From assembly GCA_964359735.1 (NCBI GenBank), contig CAYHTZ010000005.1:3882-67881 (forward strand): a stretch of DNA of 64,000 bases, read 5' to 3'. This document shows, one piece after another, positions 17,760-27,292 of the stretch; within the stretch, counting starts at the first letter, position 1, and every line of letters begins with the position of its first letter. The notes under the pieces were generated by a model. The model did not search any database and was not told the DNA's origin. It saw nothing but the letters and a program-made list of their open reading frames with translations. The DNA is from an uncultured Candidatus Saccharibacteria bacterium (GTDB lineage Bacteria > Patescibacteriota > Andersenbacteria > UBA10190). Made by a program: the position numbers and the translations under genes.

Positions 17760-19172
17760 ATGTCGGCCATTTCTCAAAATCAATATCGCACACACGGTTG
17801 TTGTGAACTGCGGCCAATACATGCCGGGCAAGAAGTCACGCTGTCAGGCTGGGTAGACGTCCGCCGTGATCACGGCAAAATTGTATTTATCGATTTGCGT
17901 GATGAGAGCGGTATAGCCCAGCTCGTAATAACGCCGCCGCTGGCAACTGCCGAAGCCGCGCAACTCCGGTCAGAGTGGGTAATCAAAGTGTCAGGAAAAG
18001 TACAAGTTCGTCCGAAAGCTCAAGTGAATGCGAACATCGCAAGTGGAGAAATTGAGGTAGCAGTGGCCTCGCTTGAGATTATTAATGAGGCTGCCACGCC
18101 GCCGTTTGCCATTAACACTGACGGCCATGATATTAGCGAAGAGGTGCGACTCAAGTATCGCTACCTTGATCTGCGACGGCCGCGTCTGCAGCGTAATCTC
18201 CGCTTGCGCTCGAAGTTTGTAGAAGCCGCACGTCAATATTTATTTAGTCAGGGCTTTAACGAAGTTGAGACACCCTACTTTACCAGTACTACGCCAGAAG
18301 GATCGCGTGATTTTGTGGTACCCTCACGTCTCTATCCAGGTAAGTTCTTTGCCCTGCCACAGAGCCCGCAGCAGTATAAAGAGCTCCTGATGGTAGCTGG
18401 CTTCGAAAAGTACTTTCAAATCGCTCGCGCCTTCCGGGACGAAGACTTGAGAGCAGATCGCGGCTTTGAGCACACCCAAATTGACATGGAGATGAGCTTC
18501 GTAACGCGGGAAGATATTATGGCGCTTGACGAGGCAATGATCACATCAGCCGTGGAGGCTGTGGGCTTGACAGTGAAGGAGAAACCATTTCCACGATACA
18601 CCTACGCCGAGGCTATGAAGCAATTTGGCGCCGATAAGTTTGATCTCCGCACGGAAGAAGACAAAAAAGCCGGCCATCTGGCCTTTGCCTGGGTCACTGA
18701 TTTCCCATTTTTTGAGAAAACCGATGAAGAAGGTTGGACCTTTACGCATAACCCTTTCTCGGCGCCTCTGCCGGAACATCTCGAGTGGCACCTCAAAGGG
18801 GAAAACGTGGAGAAGATTATTGCGCAGCAATACGACTTGGTGTGTAATGGCGTTGAAGTAGGGGGTGGCAGCGTCCGCGCTCACAGGCCCGATATTTTGA
18901 AAGCAACATTTCGCATTATGGGGTACGACGAAGAGCGGATTGAACGTGACTTTGGCCATATGCTGAAAGCCTTGGGATCTGGCGCACCTCCGCACGGCGG
19001 CATTGCACATGGCGTGGAGCGCTTACTTATGACCCTCACCGGTGAGCAATACTTGCGCGAAGTCGTAGCCTTTCCGCAAACTTCCACCGGCCGCACTTCT
19101 GTCATGGATGCCCCCAGCCCCCTCACACCCGAACAACTCAAAGAACTCCACCTCAAATTGGATCTGAAATGA
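17760..19172 (+). CDS. aspS: Aspartate--tRNA ligase, short form without the GAD insertion domain
   Basis: YRTH, RRDHG, YRYLDLRR, LPQSPQ, FRDEDLRADR and GAPPHGG. Upstream: TTGCTC-N17-TACGCT-N7-ATG. Confidence 0.96.
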   Translation: MSAISQNQYRTHGCCELRPIHAGQEVTLSGWVDVRRDHGKIVFIDLRDESGIAQLVITPPLATAEAAQLRSEWVIKVSGKVQVRPKAQVNANIASGEIEVAVASLEIINEAATPPFAINTDGHDISEEVRLKYRYLDLRRPRLQRNLRLRSKFVEAARQYLFSQGFNEVETPYFTSTTPEGSRDFVVPSRLYPGKFFALPQSPQQYKELLMVAGFEKYFQIARAFRDEDLRADRGFEHTQIDMEMSFVTREDIMALDEAMITSAVEAVGLTVKEKPFPRYTYAEAMKQFGADKFDLRTEEDKKAGHLAFAWVTDFPFFEKTDEEGWTFTHNPFSAPLPEHLEWHLKGENVEKIIAQQYDLVCNGVEVGGGSVRAHRPDILKATFRIMGYDEERIERDFGHMLKALGSGAPPHGGIAHGVERLLMTLTGEQYLREVVAFPQTSTGRTSVMDAPSPLTPEQLKELHLKLDLK

Positions 19173-20590
19173 CCTGGAAGAAAGTCTGGTCCAAACGGTT
19201 TTCGATTCGCTTAGCCGAGAACTGGCTCTATTCGGTTGAGCAATTTCCTCAGATATTCGGGGTGAAATTTCCCGACCAACTGATTGTTATCAAGGACGAG
19301 ATGGGGACGGGGTACCATGATGCCGAACAGCTTGAGAAGTGTCTCCAGGGCATTCTTAGAAAGATTTACGCATCCTCATTTGAGACTGTATACGAAACCA
19401 AAGCTTTACCAGTGCTGGAAAGTTTTCGGAAGTTTTGTCTCGCCATAGGGAAGCGCGATTTGGAAAAGCACTCCGCCGATCAGTTCATTGAGTTATGGCA
19501 AGAATTTATTACCCAAGAGGATGACTGGATGAATTATGTGTGGGCAGTCTTCAGTCTTGATGAAATCCTTTCGCGCGAGCTGAACAAGGAGCTACCTAAG
19601 GCTGTTACCAAAGATAAATTGGAACAGATTCTCTCGGCCATATTTTCCACCGAAAGGAAGACCGCAGCTGCTCAGCAACGCATAGACCTCTTGAACCTGG
19701 CTGCCCGAGCAACTCCTGAAAATCGAGAAGAAGGGCTCGCCCAGCTAACTAATCACTACGCCTACTTTCCTATACTCAACATGGATGAAGATCCCTTATC
19801 TCCCGAATACTTTGCCCGCGAGCTCAAGAAAATACCGCCGGAAGATGCTAAAGCTGAGCTCAAAAAGCTCGCAACCGCAGCCAGGCAGCATCAGAAAGCA
19901 TACAAAGAATTTCTCGCCTCCATTGAAAACAACCAAAAACTTTACCGCCTCGTCGATGCCTGCCACAGGGTGGCCTTTTACCGCGAATACCGTAACGACC
20001 TGCGCCAGGAAAGCTATTACCACGCACGAGCGCTCTATCAGGAAATAGCTCGCCGCCTGCAGCTGAGTATTTCTGGCGTTACCTATCTCACCAGATATGA
20101 AGTGAAAGAGTCGCTAGAGAAAGAAAACCCGGCGATCTCGCCAAGCCTAATCGCAGAGCGGAAAAAGTTTTCGGTTCTTCGTATCGAGGGAGGGCAAGTT
20201 TCGTATCACTTTGACCCGGCCACAGCGGATTTTTTGCCGCATACTGAAGAGTTACAGGGTGGTAAAAATATATTAACCGGAGTAGCGGCTTACCCTGGCA
20301 CAGTCCGTGGCAGAGTGAAGGTAGTACTGAGCGTTAAAAAAGACACAGATAAGTTTGAGCCCGGGGATATTCTTGTAGCCACCACGACTAACCTTAGTTT
20401 CATGCCGCTCATCTCGAAGGCCAGCGCCATTGTGACTGACGAAGGTGGTATGCTCACTCACACAGCCATTGTGGCCCGGGAGCTCAAAAAACCCTGCGTT
20501 GTCGGTACTGAAGTAGCTACCACGTTCCTCAAAGACGGAGATGAAATAGAAGTTCAAGCTGATAAAGGAATCGTAAGAATACTTGGGTAG
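19169..20590 (+). CDS. Protein with a C-terminal PEP-utilising phosphohistidine (swivel) domain
   Basis: GDILVA..T and VTDEGGMLTHTAIVARELKKPCVVG motifs; ATGA overlap with aspS. Confidence 0.8.
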   Translation: MTWKKVWSKRFSIRLAENWLYSVEQFPQIFGVKFPDQLIVIKDEMGTGYHDAEQLEKCLQGILRKIYASSFETVYETKALPVLESFRKFCLAIGKRDLEKHSADQFIELWQEFITQEDDWMNYVWAVFSLDEILSRELNKELPKAVTKDKLEQILSAIFSTERKTAAAQQRIDLLNLAARATPENREEGLAQLTNHYAYFPILNMDEDPLSPEYFARELKKIPPEDAKAELKKLATAARQHQKAYKEFLASIENNQKLYRLVDACHRVAFYREYRNDLRQESYYHARALYQEIARRLQLSISGVTYLTRYEVKESLEKENPAISPSLIAERKKFSVLRIEGGQVSYHFDPATADFLPHTEELQGGKNILTGVAAYPGTVRGRVKVVLSVKKDTDKFEPGDILVATTTNLSFMPLISKASAIVTDEGGMLTHTAIVARELKKPCVVGTEVATTFLKDGDEIEVQADKGIVRILG

Positions 20591-20633
20591 GAATAGTGGA
20601 AGATTGGGAGAAGATGTGTATACTTAACCGGTA

Positions 20634-21866
20634 ATGGAAACAAGCTCCATGCCGCCAACCCCAGTGGGGGAGGCCCGCCCCAAAAAACGACGGCTAGGGA
20701 AACTAGCCGCCATTTTGTTATTGTTCCTGGCTGGCTTGTTTGTGGGGCGCTACGTTGTGCCTGCCGCTGAATTGGCTCAGACACCCCTCCAATTTGTGGC
20801 CGTAAAAGAAGGGGAGAGGCAATTAGTATTCCCAACGTTCTGGGAAGCCTGGGATATCCTGCATCAAGAATTCATTGGCGAGGTCAATGACAGGAATTTG
20901 TTCTATGGGGCCGTGTCAGGCCTCGTGAGCGCTGCCGGCGACCCGTACACCGTTTTCTCCGACCCTGAAGAGACCAAACAATTCGAAGAAAACATCGAAG
21001 GTTCCTTTAGCGGCATCGGTGTGGAAATCGGCATGCGCGATGGAGCCGTGACGGTGATTGCTCCGCTGGACGGGTCTCCTGCCGCTCAGGCGGGAGTGCG
21101 GGAGGAAGATATTATCGCGGCCATTAACGGCGAGCCTATCCGCCCGGAGGAAAACCTCGACGATGTGGTGGATCGCATCCGCGGCCCCAAGGGATCAAGC
21201 GTAAAGCTAACCGTGCTGCACAAAGATGAAGCGTCCTCGGTTGAAATTACGATTGTGCGCGACACGATTCACATCGAAAGCGTAAAAATGAATATCACTG
21301 ACGGCGTGGCCCACATGGAAATTACCAGCTTCAATGGCGATACCCCGAAGCTTTTTACTGACGCTGCCCATGAAGCCGCCCGCGCTGGTGTCAAAGGGGT
21401 AATTTTGGACCTGCGCAACAACCCTGGCGGCTTCCTCGATGGGGCCGTGAAGATTGCCGGCGTCTTTCTAGAGCCGAATACAGTCGTAGTTTCAGAAAAG
21501 GGCGATCAAGAAAGAGAGTACCACTCCAAAGGCCAGCCTATTTTAAAAGACCAGCCTATCGTTGTTCTCATTAACGGCGGTTCGGCCTCAGCGGCGGAGA
21601 TTGTAGCCGGTGCGCTGCAGGATAAGCGCGGCGCCCGTCTCGTCGGGCAAAAGACGTTTGGGAAAGGTTCGGTGCAGGAATTCAAGAAGCTCTCGGATGG
21701 ATCCAGCATTCGCATAACTGTTGCCAAGTGGTTTACCCCATCCGGGCGTTCTATTGAGGATGCGGGCATTGAGCCTACTATCGTGGTAGAAAATAACCGG
21801 GATACTCCCGCAGACGAGCCCCTTGACCGCGCGGTCGAGGAGCTGCAAACTTTGCTAAAGGTATGA
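20634..21866 (+). CDS. ctpA: S41 carboxy-terminal processing protease (PDZ)
   Basis: DPYT, GIG, LDLRNNPGG, SASAAE and TFGKGSVQ. Confidence 0.93.
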   Translation: METSSMPPTPVGEARPKKRRLGKLAAILLLFLAGLFVGRYVVPAAELAQTPLQFVAVKEGERQLVFPTFWEAWDILHQEFIGEVNDRNLFYGAVSGLVSAAGDPYTVFSDPEETKQFEENIEGSFSGIGVEIGMRDGAVTVIAPLDGSPAAQAGVREEDIIAAINGEPIRPEENLDDVVDRIRGPKGSSVKLTVLHKDEASSVEITIVRDTIHIESVKMNITDGVAHMEITSFNGDTPKLFTDAAHEAARAGVKGVILDLRNNPGGFLDGAVKIAGVFLEPNTVVVSEKGDQEREYHSKGQPILKDQPIVVLINGGSASAAEIVAGALQDKRGARLVGQKTFGKGSVQEFKKLSDGSSIRITVAKWFTPSGRSIEDAGIEPTIVVENNRDTPADEPLDRAVEELQTLLKV

Positions 21867-22339
21867 GCCGCAAAGTGACGGTACTTCTCCTGGAAGATAT
21901 TAAGGAGCTCGGAAAAGCAGGGGATATCGTCACCGTCAGTGAAGGTCACGCGCGCAACTTTCTATTTCCCGAGGGCACAGCGGCTCTCGCGGATGAGAAT
22001 GCGCAGCGCCAGGCCGAGCGGCGCCGTGAGCGCGCTCAAGCTGAAAGCAATAAAGTGCTCGCCGAAGCCCAGGTGCTGGCAGAAAAGCTTGAAGGCACTG
22101 AGCTCACGATCAAGGCGAGGCGCAAGGAAGAAGACGAAGGCGACGAAATCTTTGGCAGCATCAATGCGCGACGGGTTGCCGACGAGTTAAATCAAGCCGC
22201 TCAAATCGACGTAAAACCCAAAGATATTAGGCTGCCAAAAGCCATTACCCGGCTCGGCAGCCAACCCGTGGTGGTGCACCTTTCGCCCGAAGTAGATATA
22301 ACTATTCAGGTAACTATTATTCCCGATGAAGAGGCCTAA
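21863..22339 (+). CDS. rplI: 50S ribosomal protein L9
   Basis: LGKAGDIVTVSEGHARNFLFP and IFGSI. Confidence 0.96.
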   Translation: MSRKVTVLLLEDIKELGKAGDIVTVSEGHARNFLFPEGTAALADENAQRQAERRRERAQAESNKVLAEAQVLAEKLEGTELTIKARRKEEDEGDEIFGSINARRVADELNQAAQIDVKPKDIRLPKAITRLGSQPVVVHLSPEVDITIQVTIIPDEEA

Positions 22340-23951
22340 ATACATTTTTGTCACCGGCGGCGTGCTTTCCGGATTAGGGAAAGGAGTTACCGCCGCCTCC
22401 ATCGGCAACATTTTGAAAGAGCGGGGGTTTAAGGTAAACATGCAAAAGTTTGATCAGTACATCAACGTCGATGCAGGAACATTAAACCCTGGCGAGCACG
22501 GCGAGGTTTTCGTTACCGATGATGGAGCGGAGACAGACTTGGACTTGGGACACTACGAGAGGTTCTTGCACCAGAACCTCACCGCTGACTCTTCTATTAT
22601 GACAGGGAAAATTTATCAGTCTCTTATAGCTCGCGAGCGCCGCGGCGACTACCTGGGGAAAACCGTCCAAGTTATTCCGCATGTGACGGACGAAGTGAAG
22701 CTGCGCGCGCGCGAAGCTGCGGAGAGCAGCCGCTGCGACATCCATATCGTGGAAATTGGAGGCACAGTGGGGGACGACGAAGGGTTTCATTTCATTGAAG
22801 CTGCTCGGCAGATGTTTTTGGATGAAGGCGACGAAAACGTGTTGTATGTGCACGTGGTGTTTTTGCCATACCTCAAGGTGTCTGATGAAGTGAAAACCAA
22901 GCCGGCGCAAAATAGCGTCAGGGAACTGCGCAGCATTGGTATTCAACCTGACATCTTAGTAGCCAGAACTGATCATCCGGTGCGGGCTGACATTGTTAAT
23001 AAACTTTCGCTGTACACCAACGTCCAGAAGGATTCTATTCTGCCGCTCCTCACCGTAGAGAGCGTCTACGAGGTGCCTCTCATCATGGAGCAGCACAATC
23101 TCGACGAGGTTATTTTGAAAAAACTTGGACTGCGCCCTCGCCAGCGGGTAAGCGGTCGGTGGGAGAAACTCGTGAAAAAAATTAAGCAAGAAAAGCCGAG
23201 GGTGACGATCGGTATGGTGGGAAAGTACACTACCATGCTCGATACGTACGCAAGTTTAGTTGAGGCTCTCAAAGCCGCGGCTTGGCAAAATAACCACGAT
23301 TTGAACCTAAGCTGGGTAGACGCAGAGGAAGTAGAAAAATATGGGCCGGAAAAGTTTTTGGGAGATGTGGATGGCGTTGTTGTGCCAGGTGGCTTTGGCG
23401 TGCGGGGCACTGAGGGGAAAATTGCTGCTATTCAGTACGCGCGCGAGCACAAAATTCCGTACTACGGTTTGTGCCTTGGCATGCAACTCGCCGTGATCGA
23501 ATACGCGCGCAATGTGCTAGGTATTGCTCAAGCAACTTCTGAGGAGTTCTTGCCTGCGCCTGGGCAGCGTAGCTCTGCTCAAGAGCGAAGTTGCCTCATT
23601 CACATCATGGAGCGTCAGAAAACTGTCACTGATAAAGGCGGTACCATGCGCTTAGGCGGATGGGATTGTGTCCTCAATAAGAAGTCGTTTGCCTTCAAAG
23701 CGTATGGAAAGGAAAAAATTCGTGAGCGCCATCGCCACCGCTACGAATTTAATAATGATTTTCGTGAGCGCCTACAGGAAGCTGGTATGCGTATTGCAGG
23801 CACAACTCCGGATAAGGAACTGGTGGAAATTATTGAAGTCGAAGACCATCCCTGGTTTGTGGGCGTGCAGTTCCACCCTGAATTTACCTCCCGCCCCTTA
23901 ACGGGTCACCCACTCTTTAATGCATTCATAGCGGCGGCAGTAAAAAAGTGA
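22326..23951 (+). CDS. pyrG: CTP synthase
   Basis: GGVLSGLGKG, GLCLGMQ, ERHRHRYE and QFHPEF. Confidence 0.98.
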   Translation: MKRPKYIFVTGGVLSGLGKGVTAASIGNILKERGFKVNMQKFDQYINVDAGTLNPGEHGEVFVTDDGAETDLDLGHYERFLHQNLTADSSIMTGKIYQSLIARERRGDYLGKTVQVIPHVTDEVKLRAREAAESSRCDIHIVEIGGTVGDDEGFHFIEAARQMFLDEGDENVLYVHVVFLPYLKVSDEVKTKPAQNSVRELRSIGIQPDILVARTDHPVRADIVNKLSLYTNVQKDSILPLLTVESVYEVPLIMEQHNLDEVILKKLGLRPRQRVSGRWEKLVKKIKQEKPRVTIGMVGKYTTMLDTYASLVEALKAAAWQNNHDLNLSWVDAEEVEKYGPEKFLGDVDGVVVPGGFGVRGTEGKIAAIQYAREHKIPYYGLCLGMQLAVIEYARNVLGIAQATSEEFLPAPGQRSSAQERSCLIHIMERQKTVTDKGGTMRLGGWDCVLNKKSFAFKAYGKEKIRERHRHRYEFNNDFRERLQEAGMRIAGTTPDKELVEIIEVEDHPWFVGVQFHPEFTSRPLTGHPLFNAFIAAAVKK

Positions 23952-23969
23952 CAGGGTAAAAAGAGACCT

Positions 23970-24293
23970 ATGTCCAAGAAGAAGCAACCTATTGACTTTA
24001 AGGCTCCAGCTACAAAGGGAGATGTGGAAGAGCTAGCCTTGCTAACTGATAAGAATTTTCGAAGAGTCGAACGCAATATGGCGACCAAACGAGATATTGC
24101 ACGACTTGAGAAAAAGAAAGAGCAATACAAGCAAGATATTATTAGTGCATTTAAGACCTCCACTGAGGAACAGAAACATGATCTCGAGGCTGCCCACCAG
24201 GATCAGCTTGATATAGTTGCCGGCAAAAAAGATGCTCCGCTGCAATGGAAATCCATCCCTCGCCGCGCTCGGCAAAGCTGCTGGTATGGCTAG
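23970..24293 (+). CDS. Small coiled-coil hypothetical protein (ATKxD motifs); C-terminus possibly disrupted
   Basis: PATKGD and MATKRD motifs; resembles 37412..37717. Confidence 0.55.
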   Translation: MSKKKQPIDFKAPATKGDVEELALLTDKNFRRVERNMATKRDIARLEKKKEQYKQDIISAFKTSTEEQKHDLEAAHQDQLDIVAGKKDAPLQWKSIPRRARQSCWYG

Positions 24294-24390
24294 CGCGTTT
24301 GGGTATAGTGCATTAGCTACGACCCTGATTGCATGGGCGAGAAGAATAGCAAGTCGAGCAAAAGAGAAGTAATAGACGACTAATCTTCAA

Positions 24391-24672
24391 TTACTTCCCA
24401 GTTTTGATGCCAACAAAAGTTCGTTTCGTAAGTTTGCCGGTGAAATTCTTCATCGTGCGGCGGCTAAAAGTCACAATACCGGAAACCACGGCGTAGAGTG
24501 TGTCATCTGAACCCTGGCGGACATTTTCTCCGGGATGGTATTTGCTGCCGCGCTGACGGATTATGATTTGCCCTGGCCGCGCAGGCTGGCCGGCGTAAAT
24601 TTTAACGCCCAGGCGCTTGCTCTCTGATTCGCGTCCGAGTTGGGTTGAGCCGGCTGCCTTCTTGTGTGCCAT
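24391..24672 (-). CDS. rpmA: 50S ribosomal protein L27
   Basis: [15 protein letters not shown] and IIIRQRG. Confidence 0.97.
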   Translation of the reverse strand: MAHKKAAGSTQLGRESESKRLGVKIYAGQPARPGQIIIRQRGSKYHPGENVRQGSDDTLYAVVSGIVTFSRRTMKNFTGKLTKRTFVGIKTGK

Positions 24673-24673
24673 A

Positions 24674-25864
24674 TTATTTCTTCTTCCAAAGGGTTAATTC
24701 TCGTCCCACCCAGGCGTCTGGCCGAGCGTATAAAAGCTCTTGCCGACTCCCAAATGGATGCACCCTACGATACCCAAGCTTCTCGATTGCGTCAAGAATG
24801 CCCTCAGGGAAAAGTACGAAATCCTGGCCTCTCTTTTGAGCAAAAGCCGGAAAAATGAAAACAACTTTTCCTTCGGTCTCTAACACAGGCAGGAAATTGC
24901 GAAATGCTTGAATATAAAGCGTGCCAAGTTTTTGGAGTAGGGGCCTGCCCGCCGAAGCCTTGGCGAAGGCGGGAGAACGTAGCGGGGGACCTAAGTGCGG
25001 CTCCGTCACCACGGCATCTACCGTACCAATCATTTCCTTGGGAAAGGCCTGCTGCGCATCATGCAGAAAGACTTTCGGCACAGGGTCGCTTGAAACATCA
25101 AAGTGTTCAGCGAGCCAAGCAAGGTTTACCTGGGTAGCCTCTACCATTTTCTTGTTGTTATCGGACCCAATCATGTGATATCCCATGAGCTGTCCCTCCT
25201 GAAGCGTAGTCCCCATACCGCAAAAAGGGTCAAAAATGGTGGCTTCAGCAGCATCTCCCACAGCCACGTTAATCATGATCTGTGCCAGTTTGGGCGGCAG
25301 CATCCCCACCTCACCCGAGCGCGCTGGACGGGCCGTATCTCGGATTTCATAGGCACGAATATCTTGGATCCAAATTGTTTTCAATGCCCACCACTCCTGA
25401 GCGGAAGGTACCAAGACAAGCTCGGCATTGGGTGCCTGGTCTAAACGGTTAAAGATCACTTGGGCTGCATTTAGTTCGGCTCCGTTGCCTTTCGGAAGAA
25501 CAAATTTCAGCTTGCTGCCTTGCTCTTGCGCCCCTGACTTCAGTTCGAAGGCCAGTGAATTTAACTTCAAGCGGTCGTCAGGTGTGCCGAGCCCCAGCAT
25601 CCACTTCTTGGGGAGGGGAGAGAGTTTCTCGAGCAAGGTTCCGGCATCCCAAGGCTGTGGCTGCCGGCCAAGGATTATACTCACGCGATCGGTACCCCCT
25701 AGCCGATCAAAAAGATTTTCTGGGATGTCTGCCTCACATTTTGCGACGCAGAGGGGAAGGGGAGCTGCCACGGTTTCAACGCGGCAGCGATTACCAAGCA
25801 CCTTGGTAATCTCCAGTTCAGAAAGGCGAGGGTGGGAACCCAAAAAGAAAGTATATTCTGGCAT
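24674..25864 (-). CDS. TRM11/THUMP-type SAM-dependent RNA methyltransferase
   Basis: [21 protein letters not shown] and VVTEPHLG motifs. Confidence 0.8.
   Translation of the reverse strand: MPEYTFFLGSHPRLSELEITKVLGNRCRVETVAAPLPLCVAKCEADIPENLFDRLGGTDRVSIILGRQPQPWDAGTLLEKLSPLPKKWMLGLGTPDDRLKLNSLAFELKSGAQEQGSKLKFVLPKGNGAELNAAQVIFNRLDQAPNAELVLVPSAQEWWALKTIWIQDIRAYEIRDTARPARSGEVGMLPPKLAQIMINVAVGDAAEATIFDPFCGMGTTLQEGQLMGYHMIGSDNNKKMVEATQVNLAWLAEHFDVSSDPVPKVFLHDAQQAFPKEMIGTVDAVVTEPHLGPPLRSPAFAKASAGRPLLQKLGTLYIQAFRNFLPVLETEGKVVFIFPAFAQKRGQDFVLFPEGILDAIEKLGYRRVHPFGSRQELLYARPDAWVGRELTLWKKK
24941..24973. repeat. Family C mini-repeat in frame within the methyltransferase (peptide [11 protein letters not shown])
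   Basis: Minus strand CCCGCCTTCGCCAAGGCTTCGGCGGGCAGGCCC; 24 of 25 nt match 17068-17092. Confidence 0.85.
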
Positions 25865-25899
25865 ACTAGGTATATAGTACCGCACGAAGGAACACATCT

Positions 25900-26370
25900 A
25901 TGAGCCTGACAAGTACATGGGTATTTCTAAAGCAGCACAGCGGCTATCTCTGGCCGACCGTGGCGGTGCTGCTCGCTTTTGGCGCCGGCTGGCAGGTAGG
26001 GAAGGTGACTTCTCCTTACTATGCTGCTCACCCCATTGTGTTTGAGGAGTCGTGTGAGGCAGACTGTGCCTCACCTGGGCGTGAAAATGGTTCTCCTGAA
26101 GCACTTAATTCCTTGCTTGAAGAGTCCCGGGCACTACAGGCGGAAGTAAAAGAGTCAGCGACCCCGGAGCCCTCTGTGGCTGCGGCTGTCGCAACTTCAG
26201 GCAAGCAATTCGTCGGCAGCGTGAATTCAGACTTATACCATGACCCCAGCTGCCCTGCGGCAGGGAGGATCAAAGACGCTAACCAAGTGTGGTTTGCCTC
26301 GCGGGAAGAGGCAGAGGCCGCGGGGTATTCGCCCAGCCAGTGCACCAAAGAAAAACTTGGTTTACCTTGA
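25900..26370 (+). CDS. Membrane-anchored protein with a C-terminal Ada metal-binding-like domain
   Basis: FVGSVNSDLYHDPSC..IKDANQVWFASREEAEAAGYSPSQC. Confidence 0.8.
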   Translation: MSLTSTWVFLKQHSGYLWPTVAVLLAFGAGWQVGKVTSPYYAAHPIVFEESCEADCASPGRENGSPEALNSLLEESRALQAEVKESATPEPSVAAAVATSGKQFVGSVNSDLYHDPSCPAAGRIKDANQVWFASREEAEAAGYSPSQCTKEKLGLP

Positions 26371-26384
26371 GCGAAGTCGATAGG
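26365..26384. repeat. Family D mini-hairpin supplying the stop codon of the upstream gene
   Basis: CCT-TGAGCGAAGTCGAT-AGG. Confidence 0.6.
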
Positions 26385-26421
26385 CCAGCGGAGTGGGGGA
26401 GAGAAGAATAGAAGCGAATTG

Positions 26422-26496
26422 ATCCCGTTAGAAACATGCTCTGCTAAGAGCAGAGCAGTGCCTCCAGTCTTTTTAGAACTGGATTTCTAACGAGAT
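26422..26496. repeat. Family F element: 13-bp terminal inverted repeats with two internal hairpins (MITE-like)
   Basis: ATCCCGTTAGAAA...TTTCTAACGAGAT (one mismatch) encloses TGCTCTGCT-AAG-AGCAGAGCA and TCCAGT..ACTGGA. Confidence 0.7.
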
Positions 26497-26549
26497 TGAC
26501 TTTAGTACCAATAATGTTCGGAGGCTGTGGATAAGGTGAAACGTCCCTC

Positions 26550-26577
26550 TTGTCGTAAAAGGTATATTGTGCGACGC
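26550..26577. other. dif-like tyrosine recombinase site (11-6-11)
   Basis: TTGTCGTAAAA-GGTATA-TTGTGCGACGC; the arms are imperfect inverted repeats. Compare E. coli GGTGCGCATAA-TGTATA-TTATGTTAAAT. Confidence 0.5.
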
Positions 26578-26920
26578 TAACCATTCTCCTTGCCTCACGC
26601 TGTTTACATCTCTCTCGTACTGCCACACTTCATTCTTCCACTCTCTTCCTGCTTCTACCTCTCTGCTCTTCCCTAGCAAAATGAAAATTTTTTCCTTCCC
26701 GCTTCCCCGCAACTTGAGACGTCGGAAAAGTTCCTTCTCTTTGCCTCTCCAGGGCCCAGCTAATCGATTCCCTTACTTTCTAAAACAGTGGTTTTGCAAC
26801 GACATGCCGCAGCGGCCCTTTTCCTACATTTTGAGGGCATTTAAGGCGCCTTTTTGCCCCAAAATGGCGCTAGGCCGCGTCTTTTTTGCCCCCCGAAGCT
26901 GAGGGGAAGGACTTTTTGGG

Positions 26921-27124
26921 CTAAAGAATGTCGGAAAATACTTTGAAGACTGCTAACACAATCAGAGCCAAAGCTGCTAAGACGAAGAACCATTTAATAG
27001 TTTTGAAGATGAACTTGGTTACGAGAGCGGTGAGTATCACCAAGACAAAACCGATGATGTACCAGCGGTATGGCCCTTCCAATTGCAGAACTACCTCCGC
27101 AATCTTATCAAAATTAATATCCAT
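26921..27124 (-). CDS. Small 2-TM membrane protein
   Basis: 67 aa with two hydrophobic helices; co-oriented with upstream genes. Confidence 0.7.
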   Translation of the reverse strand: MDINFDKIAEVVLQLEGPYRWYIIGFVLVILTALVTKFIFKTIKWFFVLAALALIVLAVFKVFSDIL

Positions 27125-27148
27125 GCTTGTTCCCTGTGCCTCTCGTGC

Positions 27149-27280
27149 TCAGTGCCTCTTTTTGAAGATCTCGCGCCACACGTGCCGTAAAAGATAATAA
27201 AAGGCATAGATTGGCCCCCAGATTGGCGAAAGCTTAACGACTACCTTCTCAAAGAATTCGTCAGGATTATAGGTGGCCAT
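27149..27280 (-). CDS. 43-aa small protein not in the ORF track (MATYNPDEFFEKVVVKLSPIWGPIYAFYYLLRHVWREIFKKRH)
   Basis: ATG 12 nt after the M23 gene stop; fills an operon gap. Confidence 0.55.
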   Translation of the reverse strand: MATYNPDEFFEKVVVKLSPIWGPIYAFYYLLRHVWREIFKKRH

Positions 27281-27292
27281 AGAGGGTGCGAT

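Noticed and set aside
24332-24382. 16-codon ORF (MGEKNSKSSKREVIDD) and a GAGAAGAATAG match to the 26400 region
   Set aside because: Too short to support; an 11-nt purine-rich match can arise by chance.
26526-26534. Perfect DnaA box TGTGGATAA as oriC
   Set aside because: It is a single box with no cluster or dnaA/dnaN nearby, and genes converge here rather than diverge.
26444-26902. Three short overlapping ORFs in the large intergenic gap
   Set aside because: They show biased composition, mutual overlap and no motifs, and cross the repeat and dif-like site.
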